Source of the DNA: Lama guanicoe
Taxonomy: Eukaryota
DNA: 64,000 nt
Reading direction: 5' to 3'
Assembly: GCA_013239625.1 (NCBI GenBank)
Contig: MU054166.1
Span: forward strand, 446,598-510,597
Made by a program: the position numbers and the translations under genes. The notes below the pieces were generated by a model that saw only the letters and a program-made list of their open reading frames with translations, was not told the DNA's origin and searched no databases. How positions within the stretch are numbered: the stretch's first letter is position 1; each line of letters begins with the position of its first letter. Below are positions 27,501 through 38,600 of this stretch, piece by piece.

Positions 27501-27880
27501 ACAAACATAGTTTTAGAAAAAAATTAGATTTGTAGCTAACAGAGGCAGGGGTTTGGAAAGGAGGATTTGATTAATGCACTCAAAAGCTACCAATCGCCAC
27601 TTGTAAAATATATGTGTCCTAGGGATGCCCCATAATAACATGAAAATTACAATTAATACTGCTTTATGTTACATATCAATGTTGTTAAGGGAGTAGACCC
27701 TAAGTTTTCTCATCACAACCAAAAGGCAAATTGTATCTCTTTAATATTGTATCTAAATGAGATAATGAATTCTCCCTAAAGTTGCTATGATATTTATTTC
27801 ATGATACTTGTAAACCAAATCACTATCCTGTGCACCTAAACTTACACAATATTCTACACCAATTATATCTCAATAGAAGC
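24505..27880 (+). mobile_element. Old LINE-1 ORF2 to 3'UTR with an internal deletion near 26480-26520
   Basis: Sense ORF2 phrases (cttcacaggtgaattctgccaaacatttagagaagag; tatgcagatgacat). 3' end gcacctaaacttacacaat...aattatatctcaata. Confidence 0.85.
26976..27015. repeat. (TATC)n/(TA)n; paralog ~62460-62530
   Basis: tatctatctatctatctatatctatatctatatatatatat. Confidence 0.85.
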
Positions 27881-28699
27881 AGAAGGAAAAATGGAAATTC
27901 AATATTCACATATTCCCATGAAATTTCTCATGATTGCTTCTGCAGCAAGTAAACTTGAGTCATGATATAATTATCCTAGGTAAAGATACTCATAAATAAG
28001 TGATTCTAATAAATTATACATAAAGATACTAATAAAGTGAGTATTTTACAATGCCTTTAAATTTCTTCATGTTAACAGCCCACTGCTTCTGTAGGCATCA
28101 AAATTTCACACTGTGTATTCATCTGAGATTAGGGAATGGATACAAATGTAAAACTGGCTGCTCTTGCTGTGAGTGGTAAAGTTCACTGTCTCTGACAGAT
28201 GGTCTCATCTCCCCGACAGCATCTGTAAGAAATGAACATGCGAGGTTGCTAAAATTCTCAGCATGGTAAAATCTCAGAACTCCTAAAATTCTTAACTGTT
28301 TTGCACTGGGAATGCAATACTGACAAAGACTTGATTTTGGAAAACAATGTGGTGTTTTCTCATGGTTGCATTATGGGATGTGAGGATAATCCCTGAAATC
28401 CACAACAAAAATTCTTGCTCATGTGCTGGGCAAAGAAGTGTAAAAGTTCTGCATTATTAGGACTGAGGATGGCTTTCAAAATGATGTCTATGCTCACTCT
28501 ATTCCAGGTAGTACAAGGAAAATAGGTAATTGCAATTTCTAGGTGAACGGGAGTAAGTCAGTGGTTCAGTCTCTTTAAATTAGTCAAGGGGTGATCAAAG
28601 CCAAAATAAGATGTAACAAAAATGAGAAATAGAAGAAAATAGAAATTAGACATAAGCTTAAATTAAAAAGGAGACACGGTGCTGTGCTGGGCTCTGGGG

Positions 28700-29700
28700 A
28701 CTGGAGAATGTATATGCCTCAGTCAAATTCAGGTGTTCAGTGGCTAGGCCCAAGCATCAGCTCGGGATTCAATGAACAAGTAACAATTAGTATACTGGGA
28801 GAAATATAATATTCCTCTCCCTGATCGGAAGAAAATCAGGTGGCTCAATGAAACTCTTAATTCACAGAGATTCTGCCAGATACAGAATAATAATTCACTG
28901 ATGACTCTATTAAGACATACTTAGTTACTGCTTATAATCCATCATCACACACATACACAGTGGTAGACAGATTTGTAATATTTAGTGGGAAGAGTTCTGT
29001 GGGCAGAGCTCAGAGAATAGTTTTCAAATATCAGCCAACTTTTGTACTTTTGCCAATAGTAAGCTTTTCCCAGGTAGAAAACTACAGTTGGGCAAACAGT
29101 ATTCTTGTTTAGGAATTCTAATTTTGAAAGCATACTGTAGCTTTGACTTATCAGTATAGAACCTTGTTCAGAAGATCATGGTAAGACCCACTGTCTGATA
29201 AGGGAGCTGGAAACTAGCTGCTGAACCAGCCCATCTGAACCCCAGACTGCTAATGTAAGCAACAACATAGCCACCATCAGAGTTGAGCTGACAAACTTAA
29301 AAGCTTGATATTTCTGTTGTAGGAACAACCACTGTTGTCCAGGCACAGATCTCCTGCTGCAAGTGATCTCTTTTCTTCACTTGGTAAAGGACATATTGGT
29401 GGGATGTTGCAAGAGCATTCCCTGACCCATTTGCCCTTTCTGCAGATTATCAAAAGCTTTCTTCACAACTGGTGACATATTTTCAAGAGTCAATGTTGCC
29501 ATTCCAGTCTTATCAGCTGACAATTTCTGCATGATTATGAGCAGAAGCGTTAGACACCCTGACGTTGCCTACAATTTTTCCAGCATTTCAGGGCATTTCA
29601 CATTCTGAAAATGATTCACCTTTTATTTTAAATTAATGGGAAATAGTCAAAGTCTGCAATGAATATTATATATTTCCTAATATCTGCAGTAATTTGGTAC
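28700..29700 (+). mobile_element. Probable ancient ERV-L-type pol remnant
   Basis: Short broken translations resemble ERV-L pol: ~29070-29120 is like 'NYSPFEKQLLACYWAL', and 29462-29521 reads FTTGDIFSRVNVAIPVLSAD, like integrase 'LTxxDTFSGYGFAxPxxSAD'. Very degenerate; boundaries uncertain. Confidence 0.4.
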
Positions 29701-30400
29701 TCATGCATTTGGACAAATTTATAATTCCACCACCCTCACCTCTTTCTAGTCCACACATTTTAGATTGCAATTTGATTACTGAATATGACCACCCCAACCA
29801 AGGATCTAGTACCTCTTAGATACTTCCTGTGTTATGGTTAGAAGGGGCACAATTTATGTGGGATGCATAAACCTTCATTAAATATTTGCAATAGCACTGT
29901 CTCTTCTGGACAAAGCTCTGATTCTAAGAAGTAACTTAATTAGAAGGCATTATGGTTATTAGTATGGGGAAGAGAATCAGCTATTTTGGGTTGGGTGGTT
30001 GATGAAGAGACAGGAAAAAATCCACCAAATATGAATGGAATGATTTAACCCTCTGGAGGCATGTATTAAGAAGAAAATAATACTTTGTCTCCTGTACCTA
30101 CCTCCACATACTGTCTTGAGTGACTAGTCCTTGGGCTAAGAAAAGAGCTAGATTGTGGTGAAGAGTAAAGACCATAGCGAAATAGTGTGAAAACCATGAG
30201 AGATATGTTGTATCAGGAAAGTAGATTTTGCTTAAATTCAACATGTATTTTTCATTCACTAAATTCTTAAATGCATCATGTGGCATGTGCTGTGCTTACT
30301 GTGCTGGTATCCAAGTTAGACATGTAAAGGCGGATAGACAGAAAATATCTGAAGGAGGTAGTTTCTGTACTGAGGCTGGCAAAGTCTAAGTAGGTAAAAG

Positions 30401-30536
30401 GAGGACACCCAAAGGCCAAGGGTGAGCTGGATCTAAAGTGGTGAGGTAGCAGCTAACATAGTTGACAAGAGGACACCCAAAGGACAAGGGTGAGCTGGAT
30501 CTAAAGTGGTGAGGTAGCAGCTAACATAGTTGACAA
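30401..30536. repeat. 68-bp tandem duplication, 2 copies, 1 mismatch
   Basis: gaggacacccaaagg(c/a)caagggtgagctggatctaaagtggtgaggtagcagctaacatagttgacaa at 30401-30468 and 30469-30536. Confidence 0.97.
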
Positions 30537-30809
30537 GCATTTGCCTGGATGTATCTCAAGATACAGTGAAACATAAAGATATACCAAGGAAGGCAGATGC
30601 CAGATGTAGAACGAAATGACTAAACAAAGTTGACTTTGTGGGCTTAGAGTTGGAAAGGCATTAAGAGCCACCAAGACGACATAAGCTTGCCTTTGGCTGG
30701 AAAATAAATGCAAAATAAAGTATCGACTAGAAAATATAGTGTAGATTCTTGAGGGCAAAAATTAAAGCACCAATTGGAATGCTTTGAGAACAACACAAAG
30801 AAGACCATA

Positions 30810-31099
30810 NNNNNNNNNNNNNNNNNNNNNNNNNNNNNNNNNNNNNNNNNNNNNNNNNNNNNNNNNNNNNNNNNNNNNNNNNNNNNNNNNNNNNNNNNNN
30901 NNNNNNNNNNNNNNNNNNNNNNNNNNNNNNNNNNNNNNNNNNNNNNNNNNNNNNNNNNNNNNNNNNNNNNNNNNNNNNNNNNNNNNNNNNNNNNNNNNNN
31001 NNNNNNNNNNNNNNNNNNNNNNNNNNNNNNNNNNNNNNNNNNNNNNNNNNNNNNNNNNNNNNNNNNNNNNNNNNNNNNNNNNNNNNNNNNNNNNNNNNN
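30810..31099. other. Assembly gap, 290 N
   Basis: Run of n. Confidence 1.
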
Positions 31100-31220
31100 A
31101 TTGTTCCATCAAAAGATCATTTTAAACAAAATATCTCTTTTTTCTTTAAATAGTAACTAAGTCTCCCATTTAACTCTTAACACTGTTTAAAAAAAAGGTT
31201 AATACAGGTACACATCTATG

Positions 31221-31226
31221 TTTATT
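31221..31226 (-). terminator. Probable HSFY polyadenylation signal AATAAA
   Basis: Plus-strand tttatt = AATAAA on the minus strand, ~95 nt after the stop codon. Confidence 0.6.
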
Positions 31227-31319
31227 GTTCAAATAAGAAAATTGCAGATAGTTGTCGACATTTGCCAACATCAACTTTAATCTTTGTTTTCTTGCATAAT
31301 CTTGTAGTCCTTTGGTAAA

Positions 31320-32012
31320 TCAGTTGTAATTAGGATGTTGTTCATAAACTGCAGATGGCTGATGAGTTGGCCTTGAAAGAGAGGTAGCTGATGTATCAGA
31401 TATCACTGTTACTGGAAACCGTGGGTTGCTCACAGGTTGAAGTTTAGGGAAATGAATTTCATTGGCAGATATGTTGTGATATCTTTTTGGAAAAGAATAA
31501 GGCTCCACCATCAGTCCAAAATAATTCCTCTGTATGGGAGAGACAATTCGGTTCTGAGAAGTACAAATTGTAGTTGTAATGGAGTTAAACACACGACCAT
31601 TTGTTTCATTGTAGCTGCCTTGATTGTGCCCGTGGATAATGGTAAACTGATTTAAACTAGCTCGTTGATCCACTGCAAATTTTTCTGGTGGTCTAACTGA
31701 AATTGATGATGGAGGAGAAAAATCACCTCTGATAGGGGTAGTTGTATCACCAATTATGTGGCTAGTAGAGGGCTTTCTTATTAGAGGCATGTTTAAATTT
31801 GCAGACAGTAAAAATGCACTTTCTCCACTAGTGTCATACACAAAACATGAAATATGATTATCCACATTACACCCTGCTTTAAAGTGCTTCTTGATGAAAT
31901 CTTTAGCCAATGAAGACAGCAGAGAGGAATTTTTAATCCCAACTCTTCTTTTTATTCTCACTAAAAGCTGGGGACAGCCTCGTTTAAAATTTGAATTATG
32001 ATAGAAATGCAG
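31320..32012 (-). pseudogene. HSFY: HSFY exon 2, open reading frame intact (230 codons + TGA)
   Basis: Good acceptor tttctcctttggttgtag|CTG. In frame with ORF-track entry 31320..31961 plus 17 upstream codons. No internal stop or frameshift; ends HPNYN* as HSFY does. Confidence 0.92.
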
Positions 32013-32486
32013 CTACAACCAAAGGAGAAACATTTTAGTATTATTTTAAACCAAAATACAAGTCTAAAATAAGCCTAACCTATAAAAGCTCAGATACCAC
32101 GTTTTCTATGCAAAGATAATATCATCAAAATATGAACATTGCTGACGATTTTTTGAAGTTCCTTATTTGGAAACTACACATTTAAATAGTATACTCATCA
32201 AATTTAAGAAGTTAGCAATTGCAGTAATGGTAAATGTCACTTTTTAAAAGCAGCTTTAATACCTTTATTAAGATTTCTGGAAAGATTCAAAGTTGCAAGC
32301 AAAGTTTCTCATAATATTGACTACTTAATGTACTGTCCTCATTTTTTAGAAAAAATAAAGGATTTTAGCCTTAGTAGTTTTATAAAATTTTCAAAATCTA
32401 GCTTTACATTTATATTACCATTGATTGATAAACAAAATGACATTTTATATATAAGTTACCAAGTGGTAACTAAAATTTCTGTATTC

Positions 32487-33004
32487 TTTGCTTAAAACAG
32501 AGACTCCTTTTTCTTCAGCCAGAAAGTCAGCTTGACAAGCAGAAGTTTGAAAATTCTGCCGCACTGTCCTAAACCCATAATGGTAAAGCTGTCTAAGTAA
32601 ACTTTTCATACTTTCATACTTCCAGTTTCAAATATTCTGAATGCCTTTCTTTCCAAAACTTCCTTCTTAAAGACATCTTCATCAATCACTATGAAAGATC
32701 CATTATCATCCAACCAGATGGATTTAAATTGGTCACTCCCAGGCATTTTCCAGAGTGTTTTTGGAAATGTCAGAGAACGAAAATGATTATCTTAATCTGG
32801 TTCACAGACACAATGTGTGTAACATGGTGTTTTAAACAAGGATTCTACAGACAAAGTCTGAAAAACATTTTCTTCAAACATAGACCTCACGTCCAAGTCC
32901 CCAGAGAATGTTTGATCACACAATAGAGATCTACCAGAGTTTCCTGAACCAGTTGTTCCATCTTTACAAGACACATCTTGAATTTCTGAAGAAATATGTG
33001 CCAT
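32487..33004 (-). pseudogene. HSFY: HSFY exon 1 (N-terminus and most of the HSF DNA-binding domain), disrupted
   Basis: ATG at 33004-33002; in-frame TAA after EPD. The duplication AGTATGAA-AGTATGAA shifts the frame and gives TGA at 32608-32606. ERKAFRIF lacks the Pro I recall in human TKAPYRIF. 518 nt minus 8 = 170 codons. The exon ends AGC AAA|gaatac with no GT. Confidence 0.9.
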
Positions 33005-33123
33005 CTCAAATAACTTTTTCTACAGCTACTTTTCTAATCTGCATGATTTTGAGAAATGCAGCTTCAAATGCTGCTTTGGCAGACCTGCACAGATAAACTG
33101 CTGGACCTTCACAATGTTTCTCA

Positions 33124-33174
33124 ACTTGAGTAGCTGTGACATCATAAAACGATTGGTCTCCCAGCAACTCAAGT
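33124..33174 (-). promoter_or_regulatory. Candidate HSFY proximal promoter: CRE-like TGACATCA (33137-33144), CCAAT box (33152-33156, minus), X-box-like half-site AGCAAC (33163-33168)
   Basis: The motifs cluster 120-170 nt upstream of the ATG, just before the sequence becomes very AT-rich. Motif match only; TSS unknown. Confidence 0.4.
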
Positions 33175-34299
33175 GTAACGTTCAGCCAGTGTTTATTTCT
33201 TATTTATCCAGTTAAAATTAAACATATTGGATACTTATTTTTATAGTGTGATCTGCAAATATTTTCCCCATAAAATCTTTTTAAACAATTAAATATTTGG
33301 GTCTATGAAATAAAACCAATCTCCATCCATTTGTCCACAAATTTATAACAGATGTGAGAACAGAGTATAAATAATGCAGGAAATATATAAAATAATTTTT
33401 AAGTTTTGTAATTTACAGTGAAATTTGTGTAAAACCTGTACAGAAATGTATAACTATTTCATCATCATTTGTAATTAAAGTGAAATATAATTTGATTTGG
33501 AAATGGAAGTAGGTATTTATATGTGTACTTTAGAATAAGTAGCTCTATATGCAAAACATGAGAAGAATAAATATCAGTTTATTTGGTATGTTTATATACA
33601 AATGGTTAATATGTATGAAATAAAATTAGATTAAAATAATCAATCAAATTGAAGATATCCCAAAGGGCGGAATTTTTTTTAATTTGTAGTTCAATTCTAT
33701 AAGTGAAACAAATGTAATTTAATATTCTACATTAAAATTTCAATAGTGACAATCTTATTGTATATTTACAAATGTTTATTTTTGCCATTCTATCACTCAG
33801 AGGTTTATCATTCCCTAGAAGTAATAAATTTTCTTGACATCTTTATAATCCATACTCTTGGGGTTTCTTTTAAGAGTTCCAAAATGATGTTGATATATAA
33901 ACTTATGCACAAGATCGTGGGTTCAGTAAGCATTGCCTCCATTAAGGGACAAAAAAACAAACAATCAAAAACAAAGATATAACAGTATATATAGGTTGGG
34001 GTGGAAAAGACCAGGTAAAATATTTTAGGAAACAATACTTTTCTCAGTCCTGAAACAGTTGACATTATTAGTATAGTACGGCATTTTAAGGCAAGTGTCT
34101 TGTGCACTAATTGTAAATAATAGCTATGTCCTGTATCAGTAAACTGTAGTTAATCCAGTTCTACCAAATATTATATTCTTTATTAAGAAATAAATTCCTT
34201 TAAACATAAGCCAAATTCAAAATCATTGATAAAATTTTTAAATAAATAAATGTACCCTCAAGCTACAATGTAAATTTTTCTTTCACTATGTGTAAATTC

Positions 34300-35095
34300 C
34301 CTTCTAAATAAATATTAGCAACCTGAATTCATTGCATATTATAAGTGTTATAAATTATAGTTAAGTTGGATTAAGTCCTGATACATAAATATTATTTAAT
34401 GTACACAAATGAATATATGTGATATCATCCCTTTAAAAAACAAAGAATTCAAAAATAACAGTCTCAAAATATGTAGGAAAATTATAGACAGGTCTGATCT
34501 TAACATCTTTATAATAATATCCTTAAATTTGCTCTAGATAGAATGTAACTAAGCATAATAAAGGCCATATATGAAAAACCCAAGATTTATTTCAATTTCA
34601 ATGTTAACTTACAGGAAGGTTTTCTTCTGGTCCAGTAATAAGAAAAAGAAGCTCATTTTCACAAGTACTAAATTACACTACTAGAAGTCCTAGCCAGATT
34701 ATCTAGTAAAGAAAAAATATAAAATTCATCCAACTTGTAATAAAGAAGTGAAGTTTTTAGATGACATAATTATGCATACATAGAAATCTCCATAGACTCC
34801 TCCAGTGACTGAAATAATGAACAAGCTTAGTAAACTTGCAGAATACAAAATCAATCTACAAATATCCTTTGCATTTTTGTATAGTAAAAACACATTATCA
34901 GAAAGAGAAATTAGGAAAACAATTGTGTGTAAATTGATACCAAAAAGAATAAAATAGGAATAAATTTGATAAGTGAAACAAAAGTTCTAAACATAGATCT
35001 ATATATTACAGGTACAAGAAATATAAATAAACAAAATAAAGAGAAAGATATTCTGATATTCTGTGCGATTGTATAAAATATGAAGAAATATTCTA
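34300..35095 (+). mobile_element. Old LINE-1 ORF2 RT-region fragment (its 3' part is paralogous to 1-250)
   Basis: aaatattagcaacctgaattc, ctagaagtcctagccaga and tagatgacataat are decayed RT-domain phrases. Confidence 0.75.
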
Positions 35096-35639
35096 ATCTA
35101 TCTTTCACATGTTCAATCTCCCCAGCAGTAATTATTGAGGAGAATGTCTTTTCTTAATTTTATACTCATGCATCCTTTTCCATGCGTTAATTGATCATAG
35201 GTGTGAGGGATTATATCTTGTTTTTCTATTCTCTTCTATTAATTGGTGTCTGCTTTTGAGACCGTATCATGTTGTTTTAATTATTAAAATTTTGTAGGAC
35301 TGTTTAACATCAGAGAATTTTAACCATTAGATTTAATACTCTTTTTCAGGATTATTTTGGCAGCTCAAGATCTTTGTTGTTTTAAAATTATTTGTTCTAT
35401 TTATTGGAAATATCTCATGGGTATTTTCACATGAATCACACTAAATGTAGATTGCATTGGGTAATATGTTTGTTTCAAGCACATTGTTTCACATCATTAA
35501 CATAAGAGATCATTTCATTTCTTTCGATAAGTTTTAATTTCCTTTATCAATGTTTTCTGTTTTTTAACATATAGGTTTTCACCATGTTTGTTAACTTCAT
35601 TTATAGGTGTTCTTTACATATATATACAATTATATACAT

Positions 35640-38600
35640 ATCTGTAAACTCGTTTCGTACACAAGTACAGCAGGCAGAAGGCAGTGGCAAGACATATTCA
35701 AAGTTCTAAATGAAAGAAAGCTGTAATCTAAGATGCTTTATCAAGCAAGGCTAACTTTTAGAATAGAAGGAGAGATAAATAACTTCCACACAAGCAAATA
35801 CTTAAAGAATTTAGTAAGAGAAAGAGAAATACAGAAAGATCTACTCTAAATAAAAAAGAAGCAGGATGCTATAGAAAAGAGAAAGGCATAATTAGAAAGG
35901 CAATATCTGCAATGACTTATAACAGAATAAATATGATGTTGTAAAAAAGGACATCAAAATTTTTAAAAGTCACAGAGTGAAACAGGAAAATACAGAGTGT
36001 TTTCTTCTTGTTTCTGTTCTCTGTAGGATGGGTTTGAGTTTGTATTCTTATCAGTTAAAATAAACATATTTAGTACTGGCCAATATACATACAAAACAAG
36101 ATACCATAAGTCAAAAGCTTACAATGAAGTCACAAAGACAAAAAGAAACCAAGGTAATAAAAGAAAACTTATCAAGCCATAAAAACAAAAAGAAATGAAC
36201 AAAAAGAAAATACCAAATCAACTGGAGAAAGAAGTTCAATATGGGAATAAACACCAGTCTATCAATAATTACCACAAATGTTAATGGACTTAGTGCTTCA
36301 ATCAAAAGATATATACTGTCATATGTGATAACATAACAAGACCCTACATTATGAAGCACAGAAGAGACCCACTTTAGTAAGAAGAACACACATCCATTGA
36401 AAGTCAGAAGGATATTGAACAGTGTGGAGATTCCTCAAAAGACTAGGAATAGACTTACCATATGACCCAGGAATCCCACTCCTGGGCTTGTACCCAGAAG
36501 GAAATCTACTTCAGGATGACACCTGCACCCCAATGCTCATAGCAGCACTATTTACAATAGCCAAAACATGGAAACAACATAAATGTCCATCAACAGGTAA
36601 CTGGATAAAGAAGATGTGGTATATTTATACAGTGGAATACTACTCAGACATAAAAACTGACAACATAATGCCATTTGCAGCAACATGGATGCTCCTAGAG
36701 AATGTCATTCTAAGTGAACTAAGCCAGAAAGAGAAAGAAAAATACCATATGAGATCGCTCATATGTGGAATCTAAAAAACAAAAACACAAACAAACAAAA
36801 ACAAAGCATAAATACAGGACAGAAATAGATTCATGTACAGAGAATACAGACTTTTGGTTACCGGGGGGGGCGGGGTAGAGAGTGGGAAGGGATAGACTGG
36901 GGTTTCAAAATTGTAGAATAGATAAACAAGATTACACTGTATAGCACAGGGAAATATACACAAAATGTTATGATAAATCACAGAGAAAAAAATGTGACAA
37001 TGAGTGTGTATATGTCCATGAATGACTGAAAAATTGTGCTGAACACTGGAATTTGACACATATGAAGCATAGAGATTATGAATCAATAAAAAATGTAAAA
37101 AAAAAAAAAGAAAGTCAGAAGGTGGAAAAATTTACTCCATGCAAATACAAATGACAAGAAAGCTGGACTATCAGTACTGACTTCACAAAAAGAGACTTTA
37201 CAAAAAAGGCCATAGAGAAAGATAAACAAGGACATGATTTAATGATTAAAGGAGCAAATCAAAATGAGGGTATTACACCTATTAATATATATGCAGTCAA
37301 TATAAGAGCACATAAATAAATAAAGAAAATACTTATAGATAAAAATAGAGAAATCCCTGGGAATACAATCAAAGTAGGAGACTATAACTCTCCATTACAA
37401 TCACTGGACTGGTCTTTCACAAAGAAAATTAATAAGGGAACATAGATACTAAAATTAATTATAAAATAATTGGAGATGCTTGTTATTTTCATAACAGTAC
37501 TTCTCCCCAAAATAGAATATACATTCTTTTCCTGTGCACAAGGAACATATTCTATGAAAGATTATGTACTCAGGTACTCAAGAAGCCTCCACATGTTAAG
37601 ATGATAAAAATTATTTCAAGCATCTTTTCTGAGTATAATACCATGAAACAAGAGATCCACCACAGAAAAACAGGGAGAAAAATTGACAGCATCCTGATTA
37701 AGAAACATGGTAATAAAACAAGGGGGGGAGATGATGAAGTAAAGAAGAAATTAAAAAATACCTTAGGAAATATGACAAAATACTACACAAAGTCTCTGGA
37801 ATACTGTTAAAGCAGGCTTAAGAGGGAAGTTCATAGTGACAAGGCCCTCTTCAAACAAGAGGTACAATTTCAAATATATAATCAATCATTCTATGTAAAG
37901 TAATCAAGAAAAGGAGAGCAAACAAAACCAAAAGTCAAAAGAAAGACTGAAAATATAAAGATCAAGAAGAAATTATTGAAATAGAGTTTAAAAAATAGAA
38001 AAAAAATCAATCAGTTTATTTTTTGAAAGGGTAAACAAAATTGACAAACCTCTGGACAGGCTCACCAACAAGAAAAGAGAGAGAACAGAAATAATATTAA
38101 AAATGAAAATGGATAAACTTCAAAGGGTACAACAAATTTACCAAATATCATAAGGGAATACCATGAGCAATTGTATGGAAACAAACTGGATAACCAGGAA
38201 GAAATGGAGAAGTTTTTAGAAACATTCAGCCCACCAATATTGCATCAAGGAGAAGTTAGCCATTTGAACAAACAGATCACCAGAAATGGAATAGAATTAT
38301 CAATAAAATAAAAAATCTCTGCAAACAAAATTCAAACCCAAATAGCTTCACTGGGGAATTTGACCAAACATACTAAGAAAAATCCATACCAGTCCTCCTC
38401 AATCTCTTCCAAAAGACTGATATGGAGAGAGTACTCCCAAACTCACACCATAAGGCCAACATCAACCTGATACTAAAACCAGACAAAGACACTACCCCAA
38501 AAAGAAAACTATAGGCCAATATCATTGATAAACTTAGAAGTAAAAGTCCTTGAGAAATTATTAACAAACAGAATCCAAAAGCATTTAAAAATAAGATCAT

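Larger units (their letters stand above)
1..28512 (+). repeat. Tandem segmental duplication, copy A (part of a ~34.8 kb unit, 1-34831)
   Basis: Position 1 aaacttgcataatacaaaatcaat aligns with 34832 aaacttgcagaatacaaaatcaat; 28503-28512 tccaggtagt aligns with 63991-64000. Order, orientation and junctions of all internal elements are shared. Confidence 0.97.
31320..33004 (-). pseudogene. HSFY: HSFY (heat shock transcription factor, Y-linked) duplicated, non-processed pseudogene; two exons (33004-32487, 32012-31320) and a 474-bp intron
   Basis: The translation matches HSFY end to end. N-terminus MAHISSEIQDVSCKD...CVCEPD. HSF DNA-binding domain DNHFRSLTFPKTLWKMPGSDQFKSIWLDDNGSFIVIDEDVFKKEVLERKAFRIFETGSMKSLLRQLYHYGFRTVRQNFQ. 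Exon 2 LHFYHNSNFKRGCPQLLVRIKRRVG...EQHPNYN*. The intron falls at SK|L, the position I recall for HSFY. Lesions: TAA at codon 71 (32792-32794), 8-bp duplication (~32605-32620), donor GA instead of GT (32486-32485). Confidence 0.95.

Noticed and set aside
22915..27880. A single L1 with a twin-priming 5' inversion
   Set aside because: The minus and plus segments cover overlapping ORF2 coordinates and each has its own 3' end, so they are separate elements.
30401..30536. CRISPR-like or minisatellite array
   Set aside because: Only two abutting units, no spacers, and a mammalian context.
30762..31160. ORFs spanning N runs (also 19458..19727)
   Set aside because: They are artefacts of translating through gaps.
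31320..33004. Functional full-length HSFY, HSFX, or a processed retrocopy
   Set aside because: The stop, frameshift and dead donor rule out the canonical protein. The N- and C-termini match HSFY. The intron is present, so it is not a retrocopy.
36422..36775. 117-aa ORF as a gene
   Set aside because: It is the C-terminal end of L1 ORF2 in a 5'-truncated insertion, with a GTG start and no promoter.
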